Shown here one piece after another: positions 1 through 10,585 of a stretch of 64,000 bases of DNA (position 1 is the stretch's first letter; every line of letters begins with the position of its first letter). Location of the stretch: positions 1 to 64,000 of IMG/VR virus record IMGVR_UViG_3300017963_000201; one strand, given 5' to 3'. This DNA is from a virus. Position numbers and translations under genes: made by a program. The notes beneath the pieces are model-generated. The model saw only the letters and a program-made list of their open reading frames with translations. It was not told where the DNA came from and did not search any database.

Positions 1-822
1 CGGAAGAGAAAATACTAATTTTATATATTGATCCGATGGGACATTTTTTTTGATTACAGATACCACCGTCTGCTCAGTATCCATGCCCTCATCGTAACCA
101 ACTTGATAGGTTACTTTCTTAGGCAAACTAAGATCATACCTAGTAGTTTTGATCTGATTCTGCTTTAGCTCAACATGGATCAGCCCATCTTCACATGCAA
201 AGGTTTTTTGCACCAAAGCACCGGGATACCAACATCGATCATGGAGCTGCAAACACTTGTGGATATCACCTAACGCAAGATAATCCGCACCCGTTTTTTC
301 TAGCAGATCAGCTACCGCTTTCTTTACGCTCTTCTCAGCCTGTATATTCTTAATATTCAATCTCGGAAAAATCCCATGCCATACCAGAATTTTATATTTG
401 CCTTCTTCTTCACACTGCAAATCCGCATTAAGATTCTCAGGCAAAGAACAAATGATACAATCGTCGTATACTATACTTTGCCCTTTATCCTGCAAATTTT
501 CCAAAACCCTAACATTACCAAGTTCATCTTCCAACAGCTTTAGATACTGTAAGCTGTGATAGGTCCGTTCCTTATCCTCGTAGTCGTGATTACCTGGAAA
601 GAAGACAAAATTCTGATCCTTATACTTGATAATCTTCTTAAGCAGATGATCTTTGATCCGCTGTGTCGGAGCATGTGAATCAAAGATATCCCCTGCACAC
701 AGGATAAAATCAACATCTAACCTACGTGCAAGGGATACCATACGATCTATAGACTCTTTCCTATACGAAGAAGGATGACTCAGAGCACCTAAGTGCCAAT
801 CGGCTGTATGAAGAAAGTTCAC
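1..822 (-). CDS. SbcD/Mre11-like metallophosphoesterase nuclease (runs off the left end of the window)
   Basis: Not in the ORF track. Reading - strand from GTG at 822 gives VNFLHTADWHLG...CAGDIFD...FPGNHD...WHG...LALGDIH, the calcineurin-like phosphoesterase motifs of SbcD/gp47. Confidence 0.85.
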   Translation of the reverse strand, partial: MNFLHTADWHLGALSHPSSYRKESIDRMVSLARRLDVDFILCAGDIFDSHAPTQRIKDHLLKKIIKYKDQNFVFFPGNHDYEDKERTYHSLQYLKLLEDELGNVRVLENLQDKGQSIVYDDCIICSLPENLNADLQCEEEGKYKILVWHGIFPRLNIKNIQAEKSVKKAVADLLEKTGADYLALGDIHKCLQLHDRCWYPGALVQKTFACEDGLIHVELKQNQIKTTRYDLSLPKKVTYQVGYDEGMDTEQTVVSVIKKNVPSDQYIKLVFSLP

Positions 823-828
823 TCAACC

Positions 829-1581
829 TCAAAAATCAAAGACATCGTCATCGTCGTCGTCTTCCTCTACAACTTGTTTTGATTTCTTTTGGCTCTTTTT
901 CTTTACTGGTGGCGGATCATCTTCTTCTTCCTCATCGTCCTCGTCTTCAAGTAGATCATCATCGTCGTCTTCTGGAGGAGGTGGTGCCTTTTTCTTGCTC
1001 TTCTTACCTTTAGCCTTTTTCTTTTTCGGCTTTACTTCTTCTTCCTCATCATCCTCTTCCTCTAACAGATCCTCATCGTCATCCTCTTCTAATGCCAATA
1101 CTTTCTTAGAGGGTTTTTTGGCCTTTCTTTTCTTTTTTGGGGTATCGTCTTCCTCATCGTCCTCCTCAACTACATTTTTCTTCTTCTTCTTTTTACAAGC
1201 CATGTAATCCGTCACTTTGTTAAAGATAGCACCGTCATCCCGTTTTTCATTTTTTATTGTTAGTCTAACACTTTCACCGACCAAAGTTTCTAGGTCAAGT
1301 TGCTCACCCTCATCAAGATCCTTACCCAGCACAGCAGTTACAAGCTTATTCAGATAACTCTTCTTCGAAAACCTCTTACTCGTTGCAAAACTTATATATA
1401 CATCTTCGTCCAAATCTTCCCCATCGTATACCGGATCTTTTACTTTAGCCTTCCAGATCAAAAAAGCTTCACTAGGTTTACCTCTTGATTCTGTACGTTC
1501 TTCCACATTCGTCAGCACGGCATCATACGTATCTTCATCGAGTAGCTGACCCCCTTGAGATTTAGTCACTACAATAGCCAA
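829..1581 (-). CDS. ssDNA-binding protein-like (OB-fold N-terminus, long Lys/Asp-Glu low-complexity tail)
   Basis: Compact beta-rich N-terminal ~125 aa, acidic tail ending DDDDVFDF, AAAGGAGG RBS, located near recA. Confidence 0.6.
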   Translation of the reverse strand: MAIVVTKSQGGQLLDEDTYDAVLTNVEERTESRGKPSEAFLIWKAKVKDPVYDGEDLDEDVYISFATSKRFSKKSYLNKLVTAVLGKDLDEGEQLDLETLVGESVRLTIKNEKRDDGAIFNKVTDYMACKKKKKKNVVEEDDEEDDTPKKKRKAKKPSKKVLALEEDDDEDLLEEEDDEEEEVKPKKKKAKGKKSKKKAPPPPEDDDDDLLEDEDDEEEEDDPPPVKKKSQKKSKQVVEEDDDDDDVFDF

Positions 1582-1598
1582 AGCAGTTCCTCCTTTGT

Positions 1599-2171
1599 TT
1601 AGTACGCACCAGGGCGCTCAGTTTCTAATGCTCTTATTTGACGATTGAGATTCGTTATAATAGATTGTAGATCCTTTTTCTTAATCTCAACCACCTTGTA
1701 AAAGGCTTCAGCCTCCAAATACTTATCCTGAAAGTGATTCATGGTTTCATAAATTCTACGAAGTTTATTTCTAACCGCAGATTCTCTTATCTTTGCATTA
1801 GGTAACTCTACTATTTCCTGCGTAACATAAATTTCACTTTCTTTGTCCGCAAGATACTCTTTCATAAGCAATAGCAAACGTCTCCAATTTGTACTGTTAC
1901 TTATAGCTTCACTTTCTATAGCGGACATGCGCGTAAGGTATGCTTGAGTTTCAGCATACAGCTTATTAATATTGGATACCTGCGGCATATCAAAATCGTT
2001 TGGAAGGTCAATATGATATTCCTGCATTTCCAACTTACGTTGATCATACGGTACATTAATCTTTTTCAAAGTACGGTACTGGCTTTTGATTAAGTCAAGT
2101 TTGTCATCCGGTTTAATCATTGCCGTATTACCCAAACCTGCGTGTGAAACTTTTGTTACAGTAATTCCCAT
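1599..2171 (-). CDS. Helical coiled-coil protein, possible UvsY-like recombination mediator
   Basis: All-helical composition and position between recA and the SSB-like gene; function is inference. Confidence 0.35.
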   Translation of the reverse strand: MGITVTKVSHAGLGNTAMIKPDDKLDLIKSQYRTLKKINVPYDQRKLEMQEYHIDLPNDFDMPQVSNINKLYAETQAYLTRMSAIESEAISNSTNWRRLLLLMKEYLADKESEIYVTQEIVELPNAKIRESAVRNKLRRIYETMNHFQDKYLEAEAFYKVVEIKKKDLQSIITNLNRQIRALETERPGAY

Positions 2172-2172
2172 A

Positions 2173-2409
2173 TCACATCTTACTTTCAGTATCGACACCT
2201 TTCTTCAACTTACGCCAACAAACTCTAGCTATAGGATCTCGTTTTACTGTTTTCTTTATATCTGCCAAAGTTGCCTGATATACCTTGTCAAAAACGCTAT
2301 TCACGTCATCAGTATCTTCTTCTATGTAAGTCTGAAATTCCATACTCACAATGGAATTATTCGGTAGCGTAGCGCTCATTAATAATTTATACTTTTTGCC
2401 AACTAACAT
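2173..2409 (-). CDS. Hypothetical protein
   Basis: Tightly packed ORF overlapping the recA stop. Confidence 0.6.
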   Translation of the reverse strand: MLVGKKYKLLMSATLPNNSIVSMEFQTYIEEDTDDVNSVFDKVYQATLADIKKTVKRDPIARVCWRKLKKGVDTESKM

Positions 2410-3428
2410 AACTTCCCCTTCCGCAACTCCATAACTACTTTTTTGTACACATCCTTATTATTTTTCAAATAGCTTAAAGTTGCATCCAACCCCTGACCCA
2501 ATTTAGCATTTCCATATGAATACCAAGAACCACTCTTATCTATAATATTGTTTGCGACAGCCAAGTTTAAAATCTCCCGTTCCTTAATAATACCAGAACC
2601 AAAAAATAAATCTGTTTCTACTTTCTTAAATGGAGCTGCAAGTTTATTCTTTACCACCACGATCTCTAGCTGATTACCCACAGGATCATCTTTGACCTTT
2701 ATTACCCCTTTTCTCTTAACTTCCAAACGAACACTCGAATAGAATTTCAATGCATTCCCGCCCGTAGTTGTAGACGGATTACCAAACATAACCCCAATTT
2801 TATCTCTAACCTGATTAATGAATATGACACAAGTATTAGACTTAGACACTATACCCGTGAGCTTGCGCATAGCCTTGCTCATCAATCTTGCCTGTAATCC
2901 AATATACTGACTTTCCATTTCACCTTCTACTTCGGCCTTTGGCACCAAAGCAGATACTGAGTCAATCACCACCAAAGCCAGACTACGAGACGACACTAAC
3001 ATCTGCACCACATCTAAAGCCTGCTCACCGTAATCCGGTTGACTAACCAGTAAATCATCCATAACAACGCCCATACTAGTTGCCATTCCAGGATCCAAAG
3101 CATGTTCTGCATCTACAAAAGCGCAAGTTTCTCCTTTAGCCTGAGCATTAGCAATTATCTGCAGACTCAAAGTAGTTTTACCAGACATCTCACGCCCAAA
3201 AATCTCGACAATCCGACCCCGAGGGACACCCCCAATACCCAGAGCCCGATTTAACAAAATAGATCCGGTTGGGATTACCTCAACCTTAACCACTGGAGCT
3301 TCCCCATATTTATAAAGCAAACCTTTACCGTACTTTTTTGTGGCCTCAGAGATAGCAGCAGCATACCCATCGATAGATTTCGATTTCTTTGTCTTATCGT
3401 TTTCTTTCTTAGTAACTGAAATAGCCAT
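2403..3428 (-). CDS. recA: RecA recombinase
   Basis: [53 protein letters not shown]. Confidence 0.98.
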   Translation of the reverse strand: MAISVTKKENDKTKKSKSIDGYAAAISEATKKYGKGLLYKYGEAPVVKVEVIPTGSILLNRALGIGGVPRGRIVEIFGREMSGKTTLSLQIIANAQAKGETCAFVDAEHALDPGMATSMGVVMDDLLVSQPDYGEQALDVVQMLVSSRSLALVVIDSVSALVPKAEVEGEMESQYIGLQARLMSKAMRKLTGIVSKSNTCVIFINQVRDKIGVMFGNPSTTTGGNALKFYSSVRLEVKRKGVIKVKDDPVGNQLEIVVVKNKLAAPFKKVETDLFFGSGIIKEREILNLAVANNIIDKSGSWYSYGNAKLGQGLDATLSYLKNNKDVYKKVVMELRKGKLC

Positions 3429-5944
3429 TATACTTCCACCTCTTTAACTGAACCCCACGTATCACCCATTTTGAATTCTAGCTCCATTGGGCATCTAAAG
3501 TCAGGATATCCAGTGTCTACAACATGCTTCATAATTTTCATAAGTTTTTTAGCATGCTCCTTTTTCACTAAAAATGCATTTTCGTCATGAGTAGTCAAGG
3601 CAGGGTAACATTTTATCCCTTCTCTCCTTGCCAACGTAAGCATCTTAACCATATACCCATTGTTCATATCAGAAGCTTGGCCCTGAATAGGACTATTCTT
3701 TGCTTGCCTTTCGGCTTCAGCCACTACTCCCGGGTCCTCATTAGTATCTACTAATAAAATAGGAAGGCGACGCTTTCTCCCAAACCATGTCTTAACATAA
3801 CCATAAGTATGCCCAAACTTAACTATCTCATCCAACCAATTTTTAGCAATCGGGTAGGTACTAAAAAACGTATCGCGCATAGTAATAGCAGTCGATTCAG
3901 GTATCTGGAAGGATGCCGCAATATCTTTAGTACCACGACCATACATTAACCCAAAATTAACAGTTTTTGCCATGTTACGCTGTTCTTTCGTAACTTCCTC
4001 TTCAGAGATCCCAAACACAGCCGCAGCGGTCTTGCGATGAATATCAAGCCCATGAGCAATGTCGTATAGCATATCGCGGTCATTCGAATAGTGAGCCCAA
4101 CATCTAAACTCTGCTTGTGCTAGATCTGCCTTGACAAATACGTACCCGTCATCTGCTACAAAGCATTCCTTAAAATCAATAGCATCACGAGGTATGTTTT
4201 GCATATTAGGATCACGGGAGGCTAACCGCCCAGAAACCGTCGCATGCTGCAAATAACTAGTATGAATCCTACCATCGTAAGCAGACTTTTCGTACACAGA
4301 AACCAAGTACGTTGATATATATTTAGCCAATTTTCGATAAGACACAATTATACTAGCAATTAATACACCCTGTTTACTAAGTTCGGACAGAACAGTGGCA
4401 TCTGTACTATTACCTGTCTTTGTTTTTTTAATCGGTTTAATGTGCATATGATCAAAAAATAATTCTGACAATTGCTTAGGCGATCCAAAATTAAACTGCC
4501 AATCCCCAGATTTCAACATAGCTTTTGCATATGATTTCGCACCATCAGGGTATCTTGACTTTAGCATTTTTGAATTTTCGTATTTAATTACTAATTTTTT
4601 AACTGCAGCTTTCTTTCGTATTTTTTGATAATCCAATACGTCTTCATCCTCATAAAGATCGCTCTTAATTTTTTCTAACTTATCTTCGTATATATTAATG
4701 AGTTCTCTTAACTTATCCCGATCTACCTTTATCCCTCTATATTCCATCTCCATAATTATAGGCATAATAGGTAAAGTGTGTTTTTTATAAAAACCCATCA
4801 AATCTTCATTTTTCAGCATTACCCGAAAAAGCTCAAATAACCTAAAAGTAGCATCTGCATCTTTAGCCCCATATAGATAAAGAACATCTTTTGGAAGCAT
4901 AGAAAAACTAATATCATCCTTCTTAATTTTATTCTTTTTTACCAACTCGGCTAGGCACTGATCTCTCTCAAACCAATAAGGACCCATATCAGTATAGCGT
5001 AAAGTTAAATCGTCTAGGCCATGACGGGCATTTTCGTCTAATAGATGATGGGCCAACATAGTATCAAAAATAGGACCTTTGATCTTAAATCCCTGAGCAT
5101 GTAAAACATGAATATCAAATTTAGCATTATGCCCAATCTTTATCTTATTTGTATTTAATAGATCTTGTAATCTATCCCGATACCCGTTCTTTACCATACC
5201 CCAAGGGATTGCCACCCCTAAGCCTTTTTTCCAACTAAACTGAATACACAAAACATCCGCAGACAAGTAGTGTAAAGAACTAGTCTCAACATCAAATGAA
5301 AATGCACGAGATTCAGACAAAGCACGAAATACTTTATCCACTTTTTCTGGACTATCAGCTACTAGATATTTTGTTTTTGTCTCCTCTTTTTGTAGGACTT
5401 TTTTAGACCCTGATTCAGAAACAATCAGTTTTAGTGCCTTTTCGATCCAAGGTCTTTCCGATAGATTACGCAGGATATACGCTGGATGATAAGAGGGTAT
5501 CACCTTAACCTTAAACTCAGCACTATATTGAATGGTGTTTTGGTATTTCGATATCACGCCCTTTTTAAGAACAGCTTTTAATGCTGTGTTTCCCAAAACA
5601 CCAATGACATACGGTTTGACCCTTTTTATCTCCTCTTCAAGGTAGAACCTACAAAACCCAATTTCTTTATTATCTGGCGTGGTTTCCTTTTTCCGTGTAA
5701 AGCATTTCACAGCATTAGTAAGATATATATCTCCCCGATCAACACCTAGATCGTATAGTATCTCATTAATTAATGCTCCCGAACGCCCAGCAAACGGGGT
5801 GCCTTCTTCGTCTTCAGATGCCCCAGGATTTTCACCAACGAGCATAATCCGTGATCGCTTCGGGCCACACCCCATAACGCATGGGTTTTTTATTTTTTGG
5901 GTATACCTAGGACATTCTTTGGGGCAACGTTTGCGGGGATCCAT
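3428..5944 (-). CDS. polA: Family A DNA polymerase with N-terminal family-4 uracil-DNA-glycosylase-like domain and 3'-5' exonuclease
   Basis: UDG4 motifs ([29 protein letters not shown]); Exo motifs (FDVET, HNAKFD, YGAKDAD); Pol motifs ([40 protein letters not shown]). Confidence 0.95.
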   Translation of the reverse strand: MDPRKRCPKECPRYTQKIKNPCVMGCGPKRSRIMLVGENPGASEDEEGTPFAGRSGALINEILYDLGVDRGDIYLTNAVKCFTRKKETTPDNKEIGFCRFYLEEEIKRVKPYVIGVLGNTALKAVLKKGVISKYQNTIQYSAEFKVKVIPSYHPAYILRNLSERPWIEKALKLIVSESGSKKVLQKEETKTKYLVADSPEKVDKVFRALSESRAFSFDVETSSLHYLSADVLCIQFSWKKGLGVAIPWGMVKNGYRDRLQDLLNTNKIKIGHNAKFDIHVLHAQGFKIKGPIFDTMLAHHLLDENARHGLDDLTLRYTDMGPYWFERDQCLAELVKKNKIKKDDISFSMLPKDVLYLYGAKDADATFRLFELFRVMLKNEDLMGFYKKHTLPIMPIIMEMEYRGIKVDRDKLRELINIYEDKLEKIKSDLYEDEDVLDYQKIRKKAAVKKLVIKYENSKMLKSRYPDGAKSYAKAMLKSGDWQFNFGSPKQLSELFFDHMHIKPIKKTKTGNSTDATVLSELSKQGVLIASIIVSYRKLAKYISTYLVSVYEKSAYDGRIHTSYLQHATVSGRLASRDPNMQNIPRDAIDFKECFVADDGYVFVKADLAQAEFRCWAHYSNDRDMLYDIAHGLDIHRKTAAAVFGISEEEVTKEQRNMAKTVNFGLMYGRGTKDIAASFQIPESTAITMRDTFFSTYPIAKNWLDEIVKFGHTYGYVKTWFGRKRRLPILLVDTNEDPGVVAEAERQAKNSPIQGQASDMNNGYMVKMLTLARREGIKCYPALTTHDENAFLVKKEHAKKLMKIMKHVVDTGYPDFRCPMELEFKMGDTWGSVKEVEV

Positions 5945-5965
5945 GATGATATATTTTAATTATGC

Positions 5966-7459
5966 TTAACGGATTTGGTACAAGCCACGGCTTACACGCT
6001 CAACTTCAATACCGTCTTTGGCTTTTAAGTTGTGGAGCATAACAGACACAGTTTGAGTAACTTTATTAATATCCGTTTGTGACGTGAGCTTCTCATCAAT
6101 AATAGCCTGCGCCAAATCTTTACGAGTTTTCTGACCCGCCTTCAAAAGACTAATGACCAAGGACTTTGCCGTTTGCTTCTTAACCTTCTTAGTTTTCTTC
6201 ATCGATTTTTTTTCAGCAGGTTCATCCGAAACACTAGTTACTTCATCTAAACAAGAATCATCAACATCGGGAGACGCTACAGCGTCACATACTTCCGCAA
6301 CAGGATCGTCCTCAAAGACAGTCAATTCCTCTGTTACGTTTGGGGAATCCTCATCTAAAACATATTCTAGAGTATCGTCTTGGGGTACATCCACGTAATC
6401 AACTTCGGTGCTTTGATCAGGGACATCCTTTACTACATCCGGTTTTAAATCTTTTTCGGATACCCTTATAGTTGTATCCTCCGCAGCTTTTTTATTTTCT
6501 TGAGTATTCAATACGGCTTCCACAGGGTCCTTATCCAAAGAGTCATTTGGTTGAGGATGGCACCTAGTAGCCCTATTCTGGATATATTCAAAATTAACAT
6601 TAACTTCTTGTCCCGTAGCTCTCACAAGAACTTTATACCCATTGGCCGTCTTTGACCTTATTTCAATGAGCTTACTCAAAGGGGTCAAAAACAGATCCCC
6701 CGGTTTTACTTTATTTAAATCGTTCTTCGGCATGTTATCCTCCGTGAAGTTTTCCATTATAAATTTTGCCATCTCATCCTCATTATACAAAAACTTATTA
6801 AGTGCCCACATATTGTTAAACATTAACTTATACGTGTTCTCCACCTTCTTAGGGCTCTGATCAAACAGCAAACCAGCAAGGTCGAAAAACACTGTGCGCC
6901 TTTGATTAGGTGCCATCTTGCATATTTTATCCCAGAGGTAACTCAACATAACCTCCTTATCCGGTTTGCTAATCCTAGTAGTCGATAATAATCTATCCAA
7001 TAAACAGTGAAAAATATCCGAAGTATATGGGTGATGGTATGGCAATCTAGAAAATTTTACTCGTGGTTCACCTCCAATAAAGTTATCATGGAAATTAACT
7101 AAGGTATCCCAGGATTCGGACATATAATTCAGCTTATTCTTTGCTGATTTACGCTTATTAGCCCGATTTGTTAATATATTATTCGTCTTTAATTGTACCG
7201 TAGCCTTAAATGGAAACCCATTTGGCCTAGCCCCATACCTCTCCAAACAACGCCAGATATTTAGCTTAACTTCCGCACAGGCATCCTCTGGATCATACGG
7301 ATCAGACTTATAAGAAGCCTTAGTAATATAGGGATCAATTATGTTAAAAAACTTAGCCGCATAAGTATGATCAAGAAGCCAAAGGTTACCATTTTTTCCT
7401 TTGACAATCCTGTCTACCACTAACTGCAGCTTACGCGCATCGAGTGACAAGACACACAA
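5966..7459 (-). CDS. Multidomain protein: sigma-70 region-2-like N-terminus, acidic linker, C-terminal winged-helix-like domain
   Basis: DPEDACAEVKLNIWRCLERY...FKATVQ resembles ECF sigma region 2; C-terminus TRKDLAQAII...IEVERVSRGLYQI resembles wHTH; GGAGG RBS. Confidence 0.4.
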   Translation of the reverse strand: MCVLSLDARKLQLVVDRIVKGKNGNLWLLDHTYAAKFFNIIDPYITKASYKSDPYDPEDACAEVKLNIWRCLERYGARPNGFPFKATVQLKTNNILTNRANKRKSAKNKLNYMSESWDTLVNFHDNFIGGEPRVKFSRLPYHHPYTSDIFHCLLDRLLSTTRISKPDKEVMLSYLWDKICKMAPNQRRTVFFDLAGLLFDQSPKKVENTYKLMFNNMWALNKFLYNEDEMAKFIMENFTEDNMPKNDLNKVKPGDLFLTPLSKLIEIRSKTANGYKVLVRATGQEVNVNFEYIQNRATRCHPQPNDSLDKDPVEAVLNTQENKKAAEDTTIRVSEKDLKPDVVKDVPDQSTEVDYVDVPQDDTLEYVLDEDSPNVTEELTVFEDDPVAEVCDAVASPDVDDSCLDEVTSVSDEPAEKKSMKKTKKVKKQTAKSLVISLLKAGQKTRKDLAQAIIDEKLTSQTDINKVTQTVSVMLHNLKAKDGIEVERVSRGLYQIR

Positions 7460-7502
7460 CCTCCATAGGATTTCGCCGTTAAACTATACCCAATAATCAC
7501 TG

Positions 7503-7964
7503 TCAAGCATTTTTCGCATACTCTGAAAGCCTATTAAAATGGGACCTAACAGCTAAAAGTACCCGAACTAACTCAACTTCTGGATCACTTAAACAAACGC
7601 GGGCCTCCAACCAAAAGTCATCAAATTTTTTCCACACAAAAGACTTGACAGAGTAATCCTTAGTGAATAAGATCCGCCGCAATTTTGATTCTTGAGCTTT
7701 TTGGGCAGATATCATATCAAATAAAGACCGCTCTACTATACTATTCAATTCCCCTAATTCGATATACTCACCCGCATCACCCACCCTGTCCAAAAAGTCT
7801 TTATACGTCCCATGCGCTTGGCATCCAAAGCAGTGATAAGATCCATCCTCATATACAACAAATGATGTTTTACTATCCTTATGAAAAGGGCACAGACCAA
7901 AAAAGTACTGACCTATTTTGGTAAGGTGGACATTGTGTTGACTATAGGAATTAATTAGATTCAC
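7503..7964 (-). CDS. Stand-alone CHC2 zinc-finger protein (DnaG primase Zn-binding domain)
   Basis: GLCPFHKDSKTSFVVY...YHCFGCQAHG; no TOPRIM domain follows. Confidence 0.85.
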   Translation of the reverse strand: MNLINSYSQHNVHLTKIGQYFFGLCPFHKDSKTSFVVYEDGSYHCFGCQAHGTYKDFLDRVGDAGEYIELGELNSIVERSLFDMISAQKAQESKLRRILFTKDYSVKSFVWKKFDDFWLEARVCLSDPEVELVRVLLAVRSHFNRLSEYAKNA

Positions 7965-9319
7965 TCTTTCACCACGGGTATACCACCCATAACGCGGTCC
8001 CCAATATATGTTCTATCAAACAAGCATAATAATTGAATCTCTTTTTGCGATGCCCCATACCGATACTTATCAATAGACACTCTTAATCTATTTTGCAAAG
8101 CATCTCTCTCCGTTTGCTTTAATCTCAATACAGTCTCACAGTGAATAGCAGCATAATTAGATAGCCCAATATTATGGACCCCATCAACCTCTTTCTTTTT
8201 TTTATCAGAACCGAGCATTGCTTGAGTAGCATCTCGGCTTTCTTGCATCATAGTCAAACTACTTAAATTATAAACACGAGACATCTGCTTAAGTTCGAGC
8301 AACAAATTATCATAGCGCTCAGATCGATCACGGTATCTTTTATCAGGCTCTAGTAGATTGGCATAATCAATTATAACTAAATCAGGCATACAACCCCGAA
8401 TGGATTCATAGATCTCAATCTCTTGGTATATTTTACTGACTGTTGCACCTTGCGGTATATCGCTAATATACACATTGAGTTTATCCAGGGCTTGTTTTTT
8501 TAACGCTTGCACAAAACATTTCTTATCTTGCTTTTCTAGCTTACCAAAAATTATTTTATGACTGTCGATAGCCCCTATCCGAGAATCAAAGCAATTGGCA
8601 AGAAGATCGTATGCCATCTCTAAGCTAACAAACATTACATTATGCCCAGCAACAGCGGCATTGTATGCAACATTGATCCCAAATCTACTTTTACCACCTC
8701 CGGTCTTCGAATAAATAAGAGTTACAAAACTTTTACGCATACCCCCAAGATAATTATCCAGGTCACGCATGCCATACGGAATAACATCTTCCTGCACACC
8801 CTTAGCCGTCTTTTTATACTGATCCCAACGATCTCTAACAGTATCATAGATCATGCCCCGTTTTATCCCTTGCTCATCTTTTCCCATTAGTAAAAGGTTT
8901 TGAATAAGGACCTTTCGAAGATCGTTAAAGTCAACCTCATTATCTTTTAAACTTTTTGTAATATAATCATGTAAATCACAGATTGATCTACCAACCTTGT
9001 AGTTTTCAGCGCGTTCAAAGTAATAAGGAGCTTCTTGGGTACGTACCTTCGGTAAATCCGACAGCAGACTCAAAGCATCGGGTATCTTCTCTATAGATTT
9101 CTCGTTGATTACCTTGGTATTCGCAAAACTAATCAAAGCCTGTTTTGTTGGGGCTGATTTATACTTAACTACATATTGCTTTATCAACCTCGCTAAGTCT
9201 CGATGTTTTTCAAAAGCAAAATACTCGGTATCCAAATCAAGTACTTTGACGTGGTATGGGGGTACAAAAAATAGAGCGAGTAATTTACGCTCTACAGCTT
9301 TTGAACTAACACGAGCCAC
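7961..9319 (-). CDS. dnaB: DnaB-like replicative helicase
   Basis: Walker A KTGGGKS, FVSLEM, LVIIDYANL, IDKYRYG. Confidence 0.9.
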   Translation of the reverse strand: MARVSSKAVERKLLALFFVPPYHVKVLDLDTEYFAFEKHRDLARLIKQYVVKYKSAPTKQALISFANTKVINEKSIEKIPDALSLLSDLPKVRTQEAPYYFERAENYKVGRSICDLHDYITKSLKDNEVDFNDLRKVLIQNLLLMGKDEQGIKRGMIYDTVRDRWDQYKKTAKGVQEDVIPYGMRDLDNYLGGMRKSFVTLIYSKTGGGKSRFGINVAYNAAVAGHNVMFVSLEMAYDLLANCFDSRIGAIDSHKIIFGKLEKQDKKCFVQALKKQALDKLNVYISDIPQGATVSKIYQEIEIYESIRGCMPDLVIIDYANLLEPDKRYRDRSERYDNLLLELKQMSRVYNLSSLTMMQESRDATQAMLGSDKKKKEVDGVHNIGLSNYAAIHCETVLRLKQTERDALQNRLRVSIDKYRYGASQKEIQLLCLFDRTYIGDRVMGGIPVVKE

Positions 9320-10044
9320 TATGATAAAGAAATTCGTCTTCCGGATTGTTTACCAGTAAAACTCAAATAGTCAAGTTGACTTAATCTATCCGAAATAAAA
9401 TTAGGAAACTTGCTTAGTGTAGTATCCCGTTGCTCATTCGATGTTAGTAATAGAACCTTGTTAGAATCGTATATATCAGATATAAACTCATAAAAAAGAT
9501 GATCGTGCATAGAGTCCTCACCTAGTATTCTCACTTTTTCAATTTCTTCAATCGCCAAAACATCTATGCTACTTACTAAGTAATCAAGGAAATCTCGTAC
9601 CTGCGGATTCCCCAAAGAATCGAATTTTTTTGAGATCACATGTGAAGCACGAGTAAAGTAAGACTTATAACCTAACCTAATCGCCATTCTCAGAACATAA
9701 GATATAATAGAGCTTTTAGCTAAACCGGGCGGGGAAGAAATCCAAAAACCAACACCGTTATCCACATTATCTTTTAAGTTATCTATGTACGATTTTATAT
9801 ACTCATACTGTTCTGGGTTATCCTGTTTAAATTGATTCGTCAACATTCTTAAATCCCAAGAATGATAACGCGGAGGGATATTCGCATCTAGTAACTTCAA
9901 CCTCTTCCTAATCCTCAGAACACACTCACAGTCGTCAAATCGTATCTTATCTTTTAATTGAACTACTATGTACCCTTTGCCTTTACACTTATTACATTGC
10001 TCTTGCGTCTTGCGAAGTTTTCCAATTTCTTCTTTGGTGTCCAT
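9319..10044 (-). CDS. DnaC/IstB-like helicase loader ATPase
   Basis: N-terminal CNKCKGKG...CEC Zn motif, ANIPPRY, variant Walker A SPPGLAKS, LAIEEI, LLTSN. Confidence 0.75.
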   Translation of the reverse strand: MDTKEEIGKLRKTQEQCNKCKGKGYIVVQLKDKIRFDDCECVLRIRKRLKLLDANIPPRYHSWDLRMLTNQFKQDNPEQYEYIKSYIDNLKDNVDNGVGFWISSPPGLAKSSIISYVLRMAIRLGYKSYFTRASHVISKKFDSLGNPQVRDFLDYLVSSIDVLAIEEIEKVRILGEDSMHDHLFYEFISDIYDSNKVLLLTSNEQRDTTLSKFPNFISDRLSQLDYLSFTGKQSGRRISLS

Positions 10045-10585
10045 AAATAATTGCCCCTTGGTTCTGTATCGATCGTTCAAATATCTTGTTTTCTTCTTCG
10101 ATTCTACGATCCAGGGCGGTGAGATCGTCCCTACTTTTCACACGATTACCACAAGAATTCGGATGCATAATTCTATTATACAAACTAGGACTACAAATAC
10201 TACCGATAGCAGGAATTACAAAAAAATTAAAGTACCGAGAAAATGCTAAGTCTATAAACTCTTTGTAATCCGCATGAGAAATACCATACTTACTAATAAA
10301 CTCCTCAATCCTAAGATACGCCTTTACGACGTTACCCCGCAAAGTATAAGGCTTATCGTATTTTTCTTTGTACTTAAAATTGAAGTAATTGAAAAAATCA
10401 TATGCTTGCCATGTTTTTAGATCCTTAAGATGTATCCAACGCCCAGTATCTTCGATATGCTTCTTAAATTTCCTATTAAGAACCTGCAGCTCTTTAAGAT
10501 ATTTCAAAATGTGTAATTCTATCGGATCGTCTGTACGAGCAATACTCAATGAGACAGTAATATCAGCGGTTCTGGGCATGGGCAA
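9992..10585 (-). CDS. Hypothetical replication-associated protein
   Basis: In operon between helicase and loader; no motif recognised. Confidence 0.55.
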   Translation of the reverse strand: MPMPRTADITVSLSIARTDDPIELHILKYLKELQVLNRKFKKHIEDTGRWIHLKDLKTWQAYDFFNYFNFKYKEKYDKPYTLRGNVVKAYLRIEEFISKYGISHADYKEFIDLAFSRYFNFFVIPAIGSICSPSLYNRIMHPNSCGNRVKSRDDLTALDRRIEEENKIFERSIQNQGAIIYGHQRRNWKTSQDARAM

